Of a stretch of 64,000 nt of DNA, positions 19,292-28,515 are shown in pieces. This DNA comes from an uncultured Bacteroidota bacterium (GTDB taxonomy: Bacteria > Bacteroidota > Bacteroidia > Bacteroidales > CAIWKO01). Position 1 is the first letter of the stretch; the number at the start of each line of letters is the position of its first letter. The position numbers and the translations under genes were made by a program. Under the pieces are notes generated by a model that ran no database searches, was not told the DNA's origin, and saw only the letters and a program-made list of their open reading frames with translations. The stretch lies in assembly GCA_937934705.1 (NCBI GenBank), contig CALGYY010000117.1, positions 2,277-66,276 of the forward strand, given 5' to 3'.

Positions 19292-19298
19292 ACAGAAT

Positions 19299-21740
19299 AT
19301 GGCTTTTCGCAAAATACCTGCAATCAACGATGAACTTGACATCAAGCTCTTTCTGCATATCGCAAGGAAGAGCATTTTCTACATTGTCACCTTTATTGCC
19401 GTGGCCATCGTGGGAGCCTTTCTTTACCTTCGCTATTCCTATCCTCTTTATGAGACTCACGCGATCATACAGCTCGATGTCAAGAATGAGGCTGACAAAT
19501 ACCTGAATGCCTTCACGGATGAGAAACCGGCTGAAGAGGGCATGGCCAAGCGCGTCGAACTGCTGCGGTCGCCCGTTTTTCTTGCCCGGGCGCTATCCAA
19601 GCTGCCGCTGGGTGTGAGCTATTATTCCAAAGGCACCATCCTGAACACTGAAATGTACCGCAACAGTCCTTTTGAGGTGGAAGCCACTGTGAAATCACCC
19701 TCGATTTATCACATCCCTTTGTATGTCAGCTTTAAAAGTGCGGAAGAGTTCCGCCTTTCATACAGTGCCAATGGCAACGAATGGGAAGGAACTTACAAGA
19801 CCGGGGACAAGATCACCCTTCCTGAAGCGGACCTTATTCTGCATGTGAAAGATGCTGCAAGTTTGCGGTCAGAAGCAGAAGCCCTGAACCCGACCACATT
19901 TTACTTCACCCTCAACAATCCTGAAGAAATCGTAGCCTCATACATGCCGAATCTGAGGATCAATATCCTGAGTGAGGACGCCAAAACCCTTCAGATCATA
20001 TACAACGACCGGAATCCTGTGAAGGCGAGCGATGTTGTCAACAACATCGTGGAGGAGTTCAGTGTATACGATCTGGAGCGTAAAGCCGAAGGGGCCAACA
20101 ATGTACTGCAATTCATCGATGAACAGTTGCTGCTGATTTACGGCGAGTTGTATGAATCGGAAAACCAGCTTGACAGCTTCAGGAGGGCCAATAAAATAGA
20201 CACCAATTACCTGCGTGATCCCATGGATCTCAGGATCAAGATCGAGGAGTATGAGAAGCAGTTACTGAAGATGGACAATGAGGAGATCACCCTGAAGAAC
20301 CTGGATGAGGAACTTCAGAAGAGTGCAGAGATCAATGTATATAAGCTCACCGCCATCATCGCGGGCAGCGATTTCCAGGGGGTCATCTCCGGGATGCTGC
20401 AGGGTATCCAGGAGCTGCTGATCCGGAAAGAGCAATACCTTTATGAAGTCACCCCGCAGAATGCACAGATCGAAGCCCTGAATTACCAGATCGGTATCAG
20501 GAAGAAACTCCTGCATGAGAGCATACAGAGCATCCGAAGCAATCTGGTGGTCCGGAAACAGGAAGTCCGCAAGGACCTGGAAAAAGTCGGCGGCAAATAC
20601 TTCAACCGGGGACAGGGATACAGTCCGATAGAATTCAACAAACTCCAGCGCCTGTATTCGGTCAATGAAAAATATTACAACGAACTGATCCAGAAACGCG
20701 CGGAATACAGCATTACCAAGGCAGGACTGGTTTCTGAGAATGTGGTGCTGGAGAAATCGCGGGTTCCCCAGGAACCTGTCTCACCACAGTCGCGCAACAT
20801 TTATATCAGTTGTCTGCTCGGCGCCATTGTTCTGAGCATCGGACTCATTATCACCAAATACCTTCTTTATAATACCATAGTGTCGGTAAGTGATATCAAG
20901 AAATACACAGATGTCCCGGCACTAGGCATTGTGCCGCGTTATAACAAGAATATTCCCGTATCACAGATCATTGTTGACCGCGAACCCCGCTCGCTGATTG
21001 CGGAATCGCTGCGTGCGATCCGGACCAACCTTCAGTTCATCAATAATGAGGAGGGGCCGAAAGTTATCGCTGTAACCTCTACGATTGCCGGTGAGGGAAA
21101 AACCTTCTTCGCGCTGAATCTGGCCGGGGTGATCGCGTTTTCGAACAAAAGGGTGGTTATTATTGACCTCGACCTCCGCAAGCCCAAGATCCATTCGGGT
21201 TTCGGCACACATAACAAAAGAGGGATGAGCAGCATACTGGCCGGGAAGGAAGTCATAGAAAACTGCATCCAGAAAAGCGTGCTGCCCAACCTGGATTTCA
21301 TTACCGCCGGCGTGGTCCCGCCCAATCCTTCGGAACTGATTATCGGTCCACGCATGGAGGAGACCCTGAACCAACTCAAGCAGATGTATGATTTCGTGAT
21401 CATCGACAATCCCCCGGTGGGTGTGGTTACCGACGGGATGAAGAGCCTGCAGATGGCGGATTATCCCATCTATGTATTCAAATCGGGTTACAGCAAGCGT
21501 TTCTTCATCGAAAACCTGGAGCGCCTGGTCAGGGAAAGCCATATCAACAGCATTTCATTTGTGCTGAACAATGTGGATCTTGGCTTTGCCGGCTATGGAA
21601 AATTCAGCTATAGTCGCAGCAAACACGGCTTCGGTTACGGTTATGGTTATGGTTACTATGATGAGGAAAGCGCCCGTAAACCGAGACATCCTTTCATTTC
21701 GTTCATTCTTAAACCTTTCACCAAGAAAAACAAAACCTGA
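19299..21740 (+). CDS. wzc: polysaccharide co-polymerase / tyrosine autokinase (Wzc-like BY-kinase)
   Basis: I set the start at MAFRKIPAIN; the ORF-track extension from 19200 overlaps wza. It has a Wzz-like periplasmic domain with a coiled coil, a Walker A motif (TSTIAGEGKTF), and a C-terminal Tyr cluster (GFGYGYGYGYYDEE). Confidence 0.88.
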   Translation: MAFRKIPAINDELDIKLFLHIARKSIFYIVTFIAVAIVGAFLYLRYSYPLYETHAIIQLDVKNEADKYLNAFTDEKPAEEGMAKRVELLRSPVFLARALSKLPLGVSYYSKGTILNTEMYRNSPFEVEATVKSPSIYHIPLYVSFKSAEEFRLSYSANGNEWEGTYKTGDKITLPEADLILHVKDAASLRSEAEALNPTTFYFTLNNPEEIVASYMPNLRINILSEDAKTLQIIYNDRNPVKASDVVNNIVEEFSVYDLERKAEGANNVLQFIDEQLLLIYGELYESENQLDSFRRANKIDTNYLRDPMDLRIKIEEYEKQLLKMDNEEITLKNLDEELQKSAEINVYKLTAIIAGSDFQGVISGMLQGIQELLIRKEQYLYEVTPQNAQIEALNYQIGIRKKLLHESIQSIRSNLVVRKQEVRKDLEKVGGKYFNRGQGYSPIEFNKLQRLYSVNEKYYNELIQKRAEYSITKAGLVSENVVLEKSRVPQEPVSPQSRNIYISCLLGAIVLSIGLIITKYLLYNTIVSVSDIKKYTDVPALGIVPRYNKNIPVSQIIVDREPRSLIAESLRAIRTNLQFINNEEGPKVIAVTSTIAGEGKTFFALNLAGVIAFSNKRVVIIDLDLRKPKIHSGFGTHNKRGMSSILAGKEVIENCIQKSVLPNLDFITAGVVPPNPSELIIGPRMEETLNQLKQMYDFVIIDNPPVGVVTDGMKSLQMADYPIYVFKSGYSKRFFIENLERLVRESHINSISFVLNNVDLGFAGYGKFSYSRSKHGFGYGYGYGYYDEESARKPRHPFISFILKPFTKKNKT

Positions 21741-21741
21741 A

Positions 21742-22284
21742 ATGAAGACAACCGCCCTGGAAATACCTGATGTTATTGTTTTTGAACCCGATGTTTACCG
21801 CGATTCCCGGGGGAGTTTTTTCGAAAGCTGGCAGGAGAGGCGCTTTTCAGAAGCAGGAATTAATGAAGCATTTGTGCAGGATAACCAGTCCGTTTCAGGC
21901 AAGGGTGTGTTGCGGGGACTTCACTTCCAGCAGCCTCCTCACGCCCAGGGCAAACTGGTCAGGGTAGCCAGGGGTGCTGTGATGGATGTGGCTGTTGACC
22001 TGCGTAAAGCTTCCCCGACTTACGGGAAATGGGTCAGCCAGATTCTTTCAGAGGATAACCACCTGATGATGTGGGTGCCAAAAGGTTTTGCCCATGGGTT
22101 CATCACCCTCGAAGAAGACACGGTGTTTCTTTATAAATGCACCGGCTTCTACAATAAGGCCGCTGAGCAGACCATTCTCTGGAACGACCCCGACCTGAAC
22201 ATCCCCTGGGGGGTAGAACAACCCCTCGTTTCAGAGAAAGACCTGCTGGGAATCAATTTTAAGGCGCTGAACAGTTTGTTTTAA
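21742..22284 (+). CDS. rfbC: dTDP-4-dehydrorhamnose 3,5-epimerase
   Basis: The start is at MKTTALEIPDVIVFEP. Motifs DSRGSFFESW, RGLHFQ and GFAHGF are present. The upstream 57 codons of ORF 21571 overlap wzc. Confidence 0.92.
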   Translation: MKTTALEIPDVIVFEPDVYRDSRGSFFESWQERRFSEAGINEAFVQDNQSVSGKGVLRGLHFQQPPHAQGKLVRVARGAVMDVAVDLRKASPTYGKWVSQILSEDNHLMMWVPKGFAHGFITLEEDTVFLYKCTGFYNKAAEQTILWNDPDLNIPWGVEQPLVSEKDLLGINFKALNSLF

Positions 22285-22325
22285 GGGATTAAATCCCTAA
22301 TTTTGCGCCCTCAAAATTTGATGCA

Positions 22326-23417
22326 TTGCTGAACGCCTCAGTTTATCTGATCATTGTACTCATCTCCTTTTTTGTTGCAGCCTTTGTTTTCTCACTGCTG
22401 GTCAACAGTTTATTCCTGCATTTTTCAAAAAACCTCGGCGTCAGGCATCACAACGAAAACCTGATCCGCTGGAGCAGTACCACCAAGCCAGCTATGGGCG
22501 GTATCGGTTTCTACATCATTTTTCTGATCTCCATCGCGGCCACTTCTTTCATCTTTGAGCCCAATGAACGTTACCACAACCTGATTTTCCTCGGCTTCGT
22601 GATCGCGGCAACCATCGCATTCCTCATGGGGCTTTTTGATGATGCCTTTAATACCAAGGTCTGGCTGAAGCTCTTCGCACAAATCACCTGTTCTGTAGTG
22701 CTGATTGTCACAGGAACCTCCATTCAGTTCTTCGGGGTATGGTGGGCCGACTGGCTCCTGACGATTATATGGGTGGTGGGCATGATGAATTCCCTGAATA
22801 TGCTCGACAATATGGACGGGATCAGCACCATTGTATCCACCTTCATTCTTTCGGCTTTCATCGTATTGCTGCTGATTGAAAGAAGCTTCGGTTCGCCTTT
22901 TACCATTATACTGGCAGGACTGATCGCAGCTTTGCTGGGATTTCTGATATACAACTGGAACCCTTCCAAAATGTATATGGGCGATACGGGCAGCCAGTTC
23001 CTGGGGTTTATCCTGGCGTTTACGGGTATCCTCTTCATATGGAACGGCCGGGCAGCGGAAGGAGAGTTCTCCATGCTGCGCAAATTGGTTTTGCTGGCAG
23101 TGCTTTATGCCCTGCCCCTGAGCGACACCATTACAGTGGTTTTCAAAAGGCTCCGCAAAGGCCGCTCACCCTTTGTAGGCGGAAAGGATCATACAACGCA
23201 CCACCTCTCCTATCTTGGTCTCAGCGACCGTAAAGTCGCCATGGTCTACCTGTTCATCGCACTCGTGGCGACCGCTGCTTTCGTTTATGGCGCAATGCTT
23301 CCTGCCTGGTACTGGCAGCATTATCTGCTTTTTACACTGCTTTTCTTAGCAGTCTTTGTTTCCCTTTTTACCATCGGCAACCTGAACATCCATAAGTCGG
23401 ATCCCAAATCCTCATGA
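22326..23417 (+). CDS. MraY/WecA-family polyprenyl-phosphate sugar-1-phosphate transferase
   Basis: It is a polytopic membrane protein with the motifs DDAFN, NMLDNMDG and MGDTGSQFLG. The start is a TTG at 22326 and is uncertain. Confidence 0.85.
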   Translation: MLNASVYLIIVLISFFVAAFVFSLLVNSLFLHFSKNLGVRHHNENLIRWSSTTKPAMGGIGFYIIFLISIAATSFIFEPNERYHNLIFLGFVIAATIAFLMGLFDDAFNTKVWLKLFAQITCSVVLIVTGTSIQFFGVWWADWLLTIIWVVGMMNSLNMLDNMDGISTIVSTFILSAFIVLLLIERSFGSPFTIILAGLIAALLGFLIYNWNPSKMYMGDTGSQFLGFILAFTGILFIWNGRAAEGEFSMLRKLVLLAVLYALPLSDTITVVFKRLRKGRSPFVGGKDHTTHHLSYLGLSDRKVAMVYLFIALVATAAFVYGAMLPAWYWQHYLLFTLLFLAVFVSLFTIGNLNIHKSDPKSS

Positions 23418-24418
23418 AAAAACCTTTGATCATTATTAACGCTCTGGCGCTCGTCATGCTGGGGCTCTTCCTCTTCACCGCTTCTACCGTTCAGCAAGCC
23501 GGCAACGATGACCCTGAATATCGTGAGGCTTTCAGGAGGAATTACAAAATGTTTGCGGTGGATGTACCTGATAAGCTTGATTTCGCCGGTGAGCAGGTGC
23601 CGGTTCATCAATTCCATGTGAGGGAAAGCCTCGACCGCGAACTTTTGGTGAACTCCTACTGGCATTCCAACACCATCCTCCTTTTTAAGCGTGCTTACCG
23701 CTGGTTTCCCGTAATCCGCCCCATACTGGCAGAAAACAGTATTCCTGAGGATTTCTTCTTCTTATGCATGATTGAAAGCGGACTGGAAAATGTGGTATCA
23801 CCGGCCGGCGCTGCAGGTTACTGGCAATTCATGAAGAATACAGGTATTTCCTACGGTCTCGAAATCACCGCCGATATTGACGAACGCTACCATGTGGAAA
23901 AAGCCACACGGGCTGCCTGCAAATACCTGAAAGCCGCTTACGCCCGCTTCGGTAACTGGACGCTGGCAGCGGCATCCTATAATATGGGCATGGAAGGTCT
24001 TGCAGGTACAATAAGCTCACAGAGGACCTCCAACTACTATGATCTGATGCTGAACCGCGAAACCCTTCGTTATGTTTACCGCATTCTGGCTGTGAAAACC
24101 ATTTTCAAAAATCCTGTACATTACGGATTCTATCTTCGCAAAAAGGACCTGTATCCTGTCATTCCTGTCAGAAGTACGAGCATCGACAGCAGCATCACAG
24201 ATGTAGCAGCATGGTGTGCATCGCAAAAGGTCAGCTACAGGGTTTTCAAAGAACTCAATCCCTGGATACTGAAAAACAGCCTCCCTGCGAAAGACGGAAA
24301 AAGCTATGAATTGCTGTTACCGGCTGAGGGCTGGGATCGCTACCATGAGCTTTTATCCCCCGCAGCTGCAGATCAGCAGCTGTTTAACGACACGCTGAAA
24401 GTAAAAGATATCCGCTAA
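23414..24418 (+). CDS. lytic transglycosylase (SLT domain) protein
   Basis: It has the catalytic-Glu region CMIESGL, plus AAGYWQFM and ASYNMG. It has an N-terminal signal or anchor. Its start overlaps the upstream stop (ATGA). Confidence 0.85.
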   Translation: MKKPLIIINALALVMLGLFLFTASTVQQAGNDDPEYREAFRRNYKMFAVDVPDKLDFAGEQVPVHQFHVRESLDRELLVNSYWHSNTILLFKRAYRWFPVIRPILAENSIPEDFFFLCMIESGLENVVSPAGAAGYWQFMKNTGISYGLEITADIDERYHVEKATRAACKYLKAAYARFGNWTLAAASYNMGMEGLAGTISSQRTSNYYDLMLNRETLRYVYRILAVKTIFKNPVHYGFYLRKKDLYPVIPVRSTSIDSSITDVAAWCASQKVSYRVFKELNPWILKNSLPAKDGKSYELLLPAEGWDRYHELLSPAAADQQLFNDTLKVKDIR

Positions 24419-24427
24419 GCATCCGAT

Positions 24428-27301
24428 ATGGGGCGAAAAGAGAAGGAATGCATCGGGATGGAAGTGACTGACGTGGAATTCGCGGAAGACGGAAACCAGC
24501 TTTGCGTCTATGGCAGTCGGGTGCATAACCTGCGCGATGTAGATGTGGTGATGCCCCGCGACCGGCTGGTGGTGATCACCGGGCTGAGCGGAAGCGGTAA
24601 ATCATCCCTGGCTTTCGACACTATCTATGCAGAAGGCCAGCGCCGTTATCTGGAGACCTTTTCCAATTATGCCCGGCAATTTATCGGCAACATAGAAAGA
24701 CCCGATGTTGACAAGGTGACCGGCTTAAGTCCGGTCATCTCCATAGAACAAAAATCAGGAAACCGCAACCCCCGGTCAACGGTCGGAACGATCACGGAGA
24801 TCTACGATTTCCTGCGACTTCTCTATGCCCGTGTGGCCACAGCTTATAGTCCGTCGACCGGCAAGCCGATGATACGGTACACCGAAACCCGCATCCTGGA
24901 AATGATCCTTGAGGAGTACGGGAACCGAAATATCATTCTGTTGTCATCAAAAGTGAAGGGTCGCAAAGGGCATTACCGTGAACTCTTCGAACAAATGCGC
25001 AAGCAGGGTTTCACACGGGCGAGGATTGACGGGATGATCCGTGAACTCACTTATGGTTTGCAACTGGATCGTTATCGTACGCATGACATTGAACTGGTGA
25101 TTGACCGCCTTCATATTGATGAAGATGCCCGTCAGCGGCTTTCCTCATCCATGCAAACGGCCATGCAGCACGGAAAGGGAAGCCTGATGGTGCTGGATGA
25201 TCAGACCAACGCAGTGCGTCATTTCAGCCGCAACCTGATGTGTCCTGACACAGGAATATCATATGAAGAACCCGAACCCAATACATTTTCCTTCAATTCT
25301 CCTTACGGGGCTTGTCCGAGATGTAACGGACTGGGCACCATCATGGAGGCAGATCTGAACAAGATCATTCCGGATCCTGCGCGCAGCATCAGGTCGGGAG
25401 GGATCACTCCCCTCGGAGCCTTCAAGAACTCATGGATCTTTTATCAGCTCGAGGCCATTGGTGAAAAGTATGGTTTTAATCTCGACACACCGGTGAGCGA
25501 TATTCCGGATGTCGCGCTGAACACTATACTATATGGCTCCGATGAGGTATTCAACGTAAAGAACGAATACATCGGGATACGGTCCTCCTATGCCCTGAAC
25601 TTCGAGGGCATCGTGAACTTCATTCTGAACCAGAACAATGACTCCCCCACTGCTGCAGTAAAAAAATGGGCGGGCAGTTTCATGAACCGCTCGCTTTGCC
25701 CTGAATGCGGAGGATTGCGGCTCAAGCCCGAATCACTGAATTTCAGGATAGGGGATTACAACATTGCGCACTTATCTTCACTCGATCTCACCGTTCTCGA
25801 TAAGTGGTTCGAAAAGGCCGGAAGCCTGCTCGATGAGCGGTCGATGACAATCGCCTGGGAGATCATCAGGGAAATCCGCTCAAGGATCCGCTTCCTGCTC
25901 GACGTGGGACTGGAGTACCTGACGCTCGACAGGCCGGCTGCCAGTCTCTCGGGAGGTGAATCGCAGCGTATACGGCTGGCCACGCAGATCAGCTCACAAT
26001 TGGTGAATGTGCTGTATATCCTGGACGAACCGAGTATCGGCTTGCACCAGCGCGACAACGAAAGACTGATCCGGGCGCTGAAGCAGTTACGCGACCTGGG
26101 AAATTCAGTGATTGTAGTGGAGCATGATAAAGATATGATTGAAGCTGCCGACTTCATTGTGGATATAGGTCCTGGCGGCGGGATCAACGGGGGACACGTT
26201 GTTGCCAGCGGCACTCCTGAAGATATCAGGCGGTGCAACACTATCACTGCAGAATATCTTTCAGGAAAAAAGAATATCGCGGTACCTGAGAAACGGCGCG
26301 AAGGAAGCGGGAAACAACTGCTGTTGAAAGGTGCCCGCGGACACAATCTGAAAAATCTGGATGTGGCCTTCCCGCTCGGCAAACTGATCTGTATAACCGG
26401 CGTTTCGGGCTCCGGTAAGTCCTCCCTCGTCAATCAGACCCTCTATCCGGTGCTGAGCAGTCACTTCTACCGCAACCCCAACAAGGCACTGCCCCACGAT
26501 GCAGTAGAAGGTTTGAAATATATTGATAAGGTAATTGAGATTGACCAGTCGCCTATTGGCCGGACCCCCCGCTCTAATCCTGCCACTTATACCGGTGTTT
26601 TCGACGACATCCGTAAGATCTTTGCCGGACTTCCTGAATCACGTGCCAGGGCTTACCAGCCCGGACGTTTCTCCTTTAATGTGAAGGGCGGTCGCTGCGA
26701 AACCTGTGGTGGCGCCGGACTGAAGGTCATTGAAATGAATTTTCTGCCCAACGTACATGTTTTATGTGAATCCTGTCAGGGCAAGCGCTACAACCGTGAA
26801 ACGCTGGAGGTAAAATTCAAAGGGAAGTCCATCAACGATGTACTGAATATGGATATTGACCAGGCCCTTGAGTTTTTCGAGAACATTCCTGCCATCACCC
26901 AAAAAATCAAAACCCTGAAGTTTGTCGGGCTGGGCTATATCACACTTGGACAGCAATCCACAACCCTGTCGGGAGGAGAAGCCCAGCGTGTGAAACTCGC
27001 CACTGAGTTGTCGAAAAAAGACACTGGAAAAACACTGTATATCCTCGACGAGCCCACCACCGGGCTTCATTTTGAAGATGTGCGTATTCTGCTCGATGTG
27101 CTGAACAAACTGGTGGATAAAGGAAATTCGGTGATCGTGATCGAGCACAATATGGAAGTCATCAAAGTGGCCGATCACCTGATCGATCTTGGTCCTGAAG
27201 GCGGAGAAAGGGGAGGCAGGCTGGTCGCATCAGGAAGTCCTGAAGAGGTGGTTAAAAGCGGTAAAGGATATACCGCAGAATACCTTGCGGACTATTTATA
27301 A
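24428..27301 (+). CDS. uvrA: excinuclease ABC subunit A
   Basis: It has two ABC modules ([14 protein letters not shown] and [10 protein letters not shown]), two LSGGE signatures and Cys4 zinc modules. The start may be the Met at 24458. Confidence 0.95.
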   Translation: MGRKEKECIGMEVTDVEFAEDGNQLCVYGSRVHNLRDVDVVMPRDRLVVITGLSGSGKSSLAFDTIYAEGQRRYLETFSNYARQFIGNIERPDVDKVTGLSPVISIEQKSGNRNPRSTVGTITEIYDFLRLLYARVATAYSPSTGKPMIRYTETRILEMILEEYGNRNIILLSSKVKGRKGHYRELFEQMRKQGFTRARIDGMIRELTYGLQLDRYRTHDIELVIDRLHIDEDARQRLSSSMQTAMQHGKGSLMVLDDQTNAVRHFSRNLMCPDTGISYEEPEPNTFSFNSPYGACPRCNGLGTIMEADLNKIIPDPARSIRSGGITPLGAFKNSWIFYQLEAIGEKYGFNLDTPVSDIPDVALNTILYGSDEVFNVKNEYIGIRSSYALNFEGIVNFILNQNNDSPTAAVKKWAGSFMNRSLCPECGGLRLKPESLNFRIGDYNIAHLSSLDLTVLDKWFEKAGSLLDERSMTIAWEIIREIRSRIRFLLDVGLEYLTLDRPAASLSGGESQRIRLATQISSQLVNVLYILDEPSIGLHQRDNERLIRALKQLRDLGNSVIVVEHDKDMIEAADFIVDIGPGGGINGGHVVASGTPEDIRRCNTITAEYLSGKKNIAVPEKRREGSGKQLLLKGARGHNLKNLDVAFPLGKLICITGVSGSGKSSLVNQTLYPVLSSHFYRNPNKALPHDAVEGLKYIDKVIEIDQSPIGRTPRSNPATYTGVFDDIRKIFAGLPESRARAYQPGRFSFNVKGGRCETCGGAGLKVIEMNFLPNVHVLCESCQGKRYNRETLEVKFKGKSINDVLNMDIDQALEFFENIPAITQKIKTLKFVGLGYITLGQQSTTLSGGEAQRVKLATELSKKDTGKTLYILDEPTTGLHFEDVRILLDVLNKLVDKGNSVIVIEHNMEVIKVADHLIDLGPEGGERGGRLVASGSPEEVVKSGKGYTAEYLADYL

Positions 27302-27334
27302 AAAACTTACTTTTGAAAACAAGAATCTGAAACG

Positions 27335-28054
27335 ATGAGCAAGAAAGAAGAAATAGATGAGAATATGATCCGTGAAGCTTTCCAGCCGAAGAACTGGAAT
27401 GAGATCAAAACGGAAGATGCCTGGTCGATCTTCAAAATCATGGCGGAGTTTGTCGACGGTTTTGAGAAACTGGCCAAAATAGGCCCTTGTGTGACCATTT
27501 TCGGATCGGCGAGAACCCGTCCCCATCACAAGTATTATAAGCTTGCCGAGCAGATCGCCTATAAACTCACCAAGTCGGGTTTCGGAGTCATAACCGGTGG
27601 TGGTCCGGGTATTATGGAGGCCGGTAACAAGGGTGCCCATTTCTCCGGAGGAAAATCTGTGGGATTGAACATTGAACTACCCTTTGAGCAGGCGCCCAAT
27701 CCATTTATCGACCCTGACAAACTGCTTTCATTTAATTATTTCTTTGTCCGCAAAGTAATGTTCATGAAGTACTCCCAGGGGTTCATCGTGATGCCCGGGG
27801 GCTTCGGCACCCTGGATGAATTCTTCGAGGCCATCACCCTGATTCAAACCAAGAAAATTGTCAGGTTCCCGATCGTCCTCGTGGTGAAACATTACTGGGA
27901 AGACCTGCTGAAATGGGTCAGGGAAAGGCTGCTGGAAGAAGGGAACATCAGTGCGGAAGACATGGATCTTTTCGTGATGGTCGATACTGCAGAAGAAGCC
28001 GTGCAACACATTGAGGAATTCTACAACAAATACGCGCTCAAACCCAATTTCTGA
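27335..28054 (+). CDS. LOG-family (TIGR00730) nucleotide phosphoribohydrolase
   Basis: Motifs GGGPGIMEA and PGGFGTLDEFFE are present. Confidence 0.88.
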   Translation: MSKKEEIDENMIREAFQPKNWNEIKTEDAWSIFKIMAEFVDGFEKLAKIGPCVTIFGSARTRPHHKYYKLAEQIAYKLTKSGFGVITGGGPGIMEAGNKGAHFSGGKSVGLNIELPFEQAPNPFIDPDKLLSFNYFFVRKVMFMKYSQGFIVMPGGFGTLDEFFEAITLIQTKKIVRFPIVLVVKHYWEDLLKWVRERLLEEGNISAEDMDLFVMVDTAEEAVQHIEEFYNKYALKPNF

Positions 28055-28097
28055 TCCCGTGCGGAAAACCACCCGATCAAGCCTGCCCTTCGACCTG

Positions 28098-28502
28098 ATG
28101 GAGATAGAAGGAGACGGATACCATATTGCCGTCATTGCTTACATCAACGGCCGAAAGGCCAGGATGCTGATCGATACCGGAGCCTCAAGAACAGTATTCG
28201 ACAGCACCCGTATTATGAGGTTTCTGAAGGATAAAACCTCTGCTTTCACAAAGAATCAGCAACTCTCGGCCGGATTGGGTACGACCACACTGGAGAGCCA
28301 CAGCACGAGTCTCTCTTCATTCAGACTGGGTGATTACAGGATAAAACCTTACCAGGCCATACTGCTCGATCTAAGCAACATCAACCATAGTTATGCGCTG
28401 ATCGGGCTGGCCCCGATCGACGGCGTGATCGGCAGCGACCTGCTGAAACAACTGAAAGCCACCATCAGTTTCAGCAAGAAATACCTCAGCTTTAGTTTCT
28501 GA
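28098..28502 (+). CDS. retropepsin-like (clan AA) aspartic protease domain protein
   Basis: It has INGRKARMLIDTGASRTVF, with an intact DTGAS active-site motif, and GVIGSDLLK. The start is uncertain, because the ORF-track start at 28011 overlaps the LOG gene. Confidence 0.7.
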   Translation: MEIEGDGYHIAVIAYINGRKARMLIDTGASRTVFDSTRIMRFLKDKTSAFTKNQQLSAGLGTTTLESHSTSLSSFRLGDYRIKPYQAILLDLSNINHSYALIGLAPIDGVIGSDLLKQLKATISFSKKYLSFSF

Positions 28503-28515
28503 ATCCTGTCGCAGA

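Noticed and set aside
21627-21662. A GGTTAY tandem repeat (GFGYGYGYGYYD) could be a microsatellite or repeat feature.
   Set aside because: It is the expected C-terminal tyrosine cluster of a BY-kinase (its autophosphorylation sites), not an independent repeat element.
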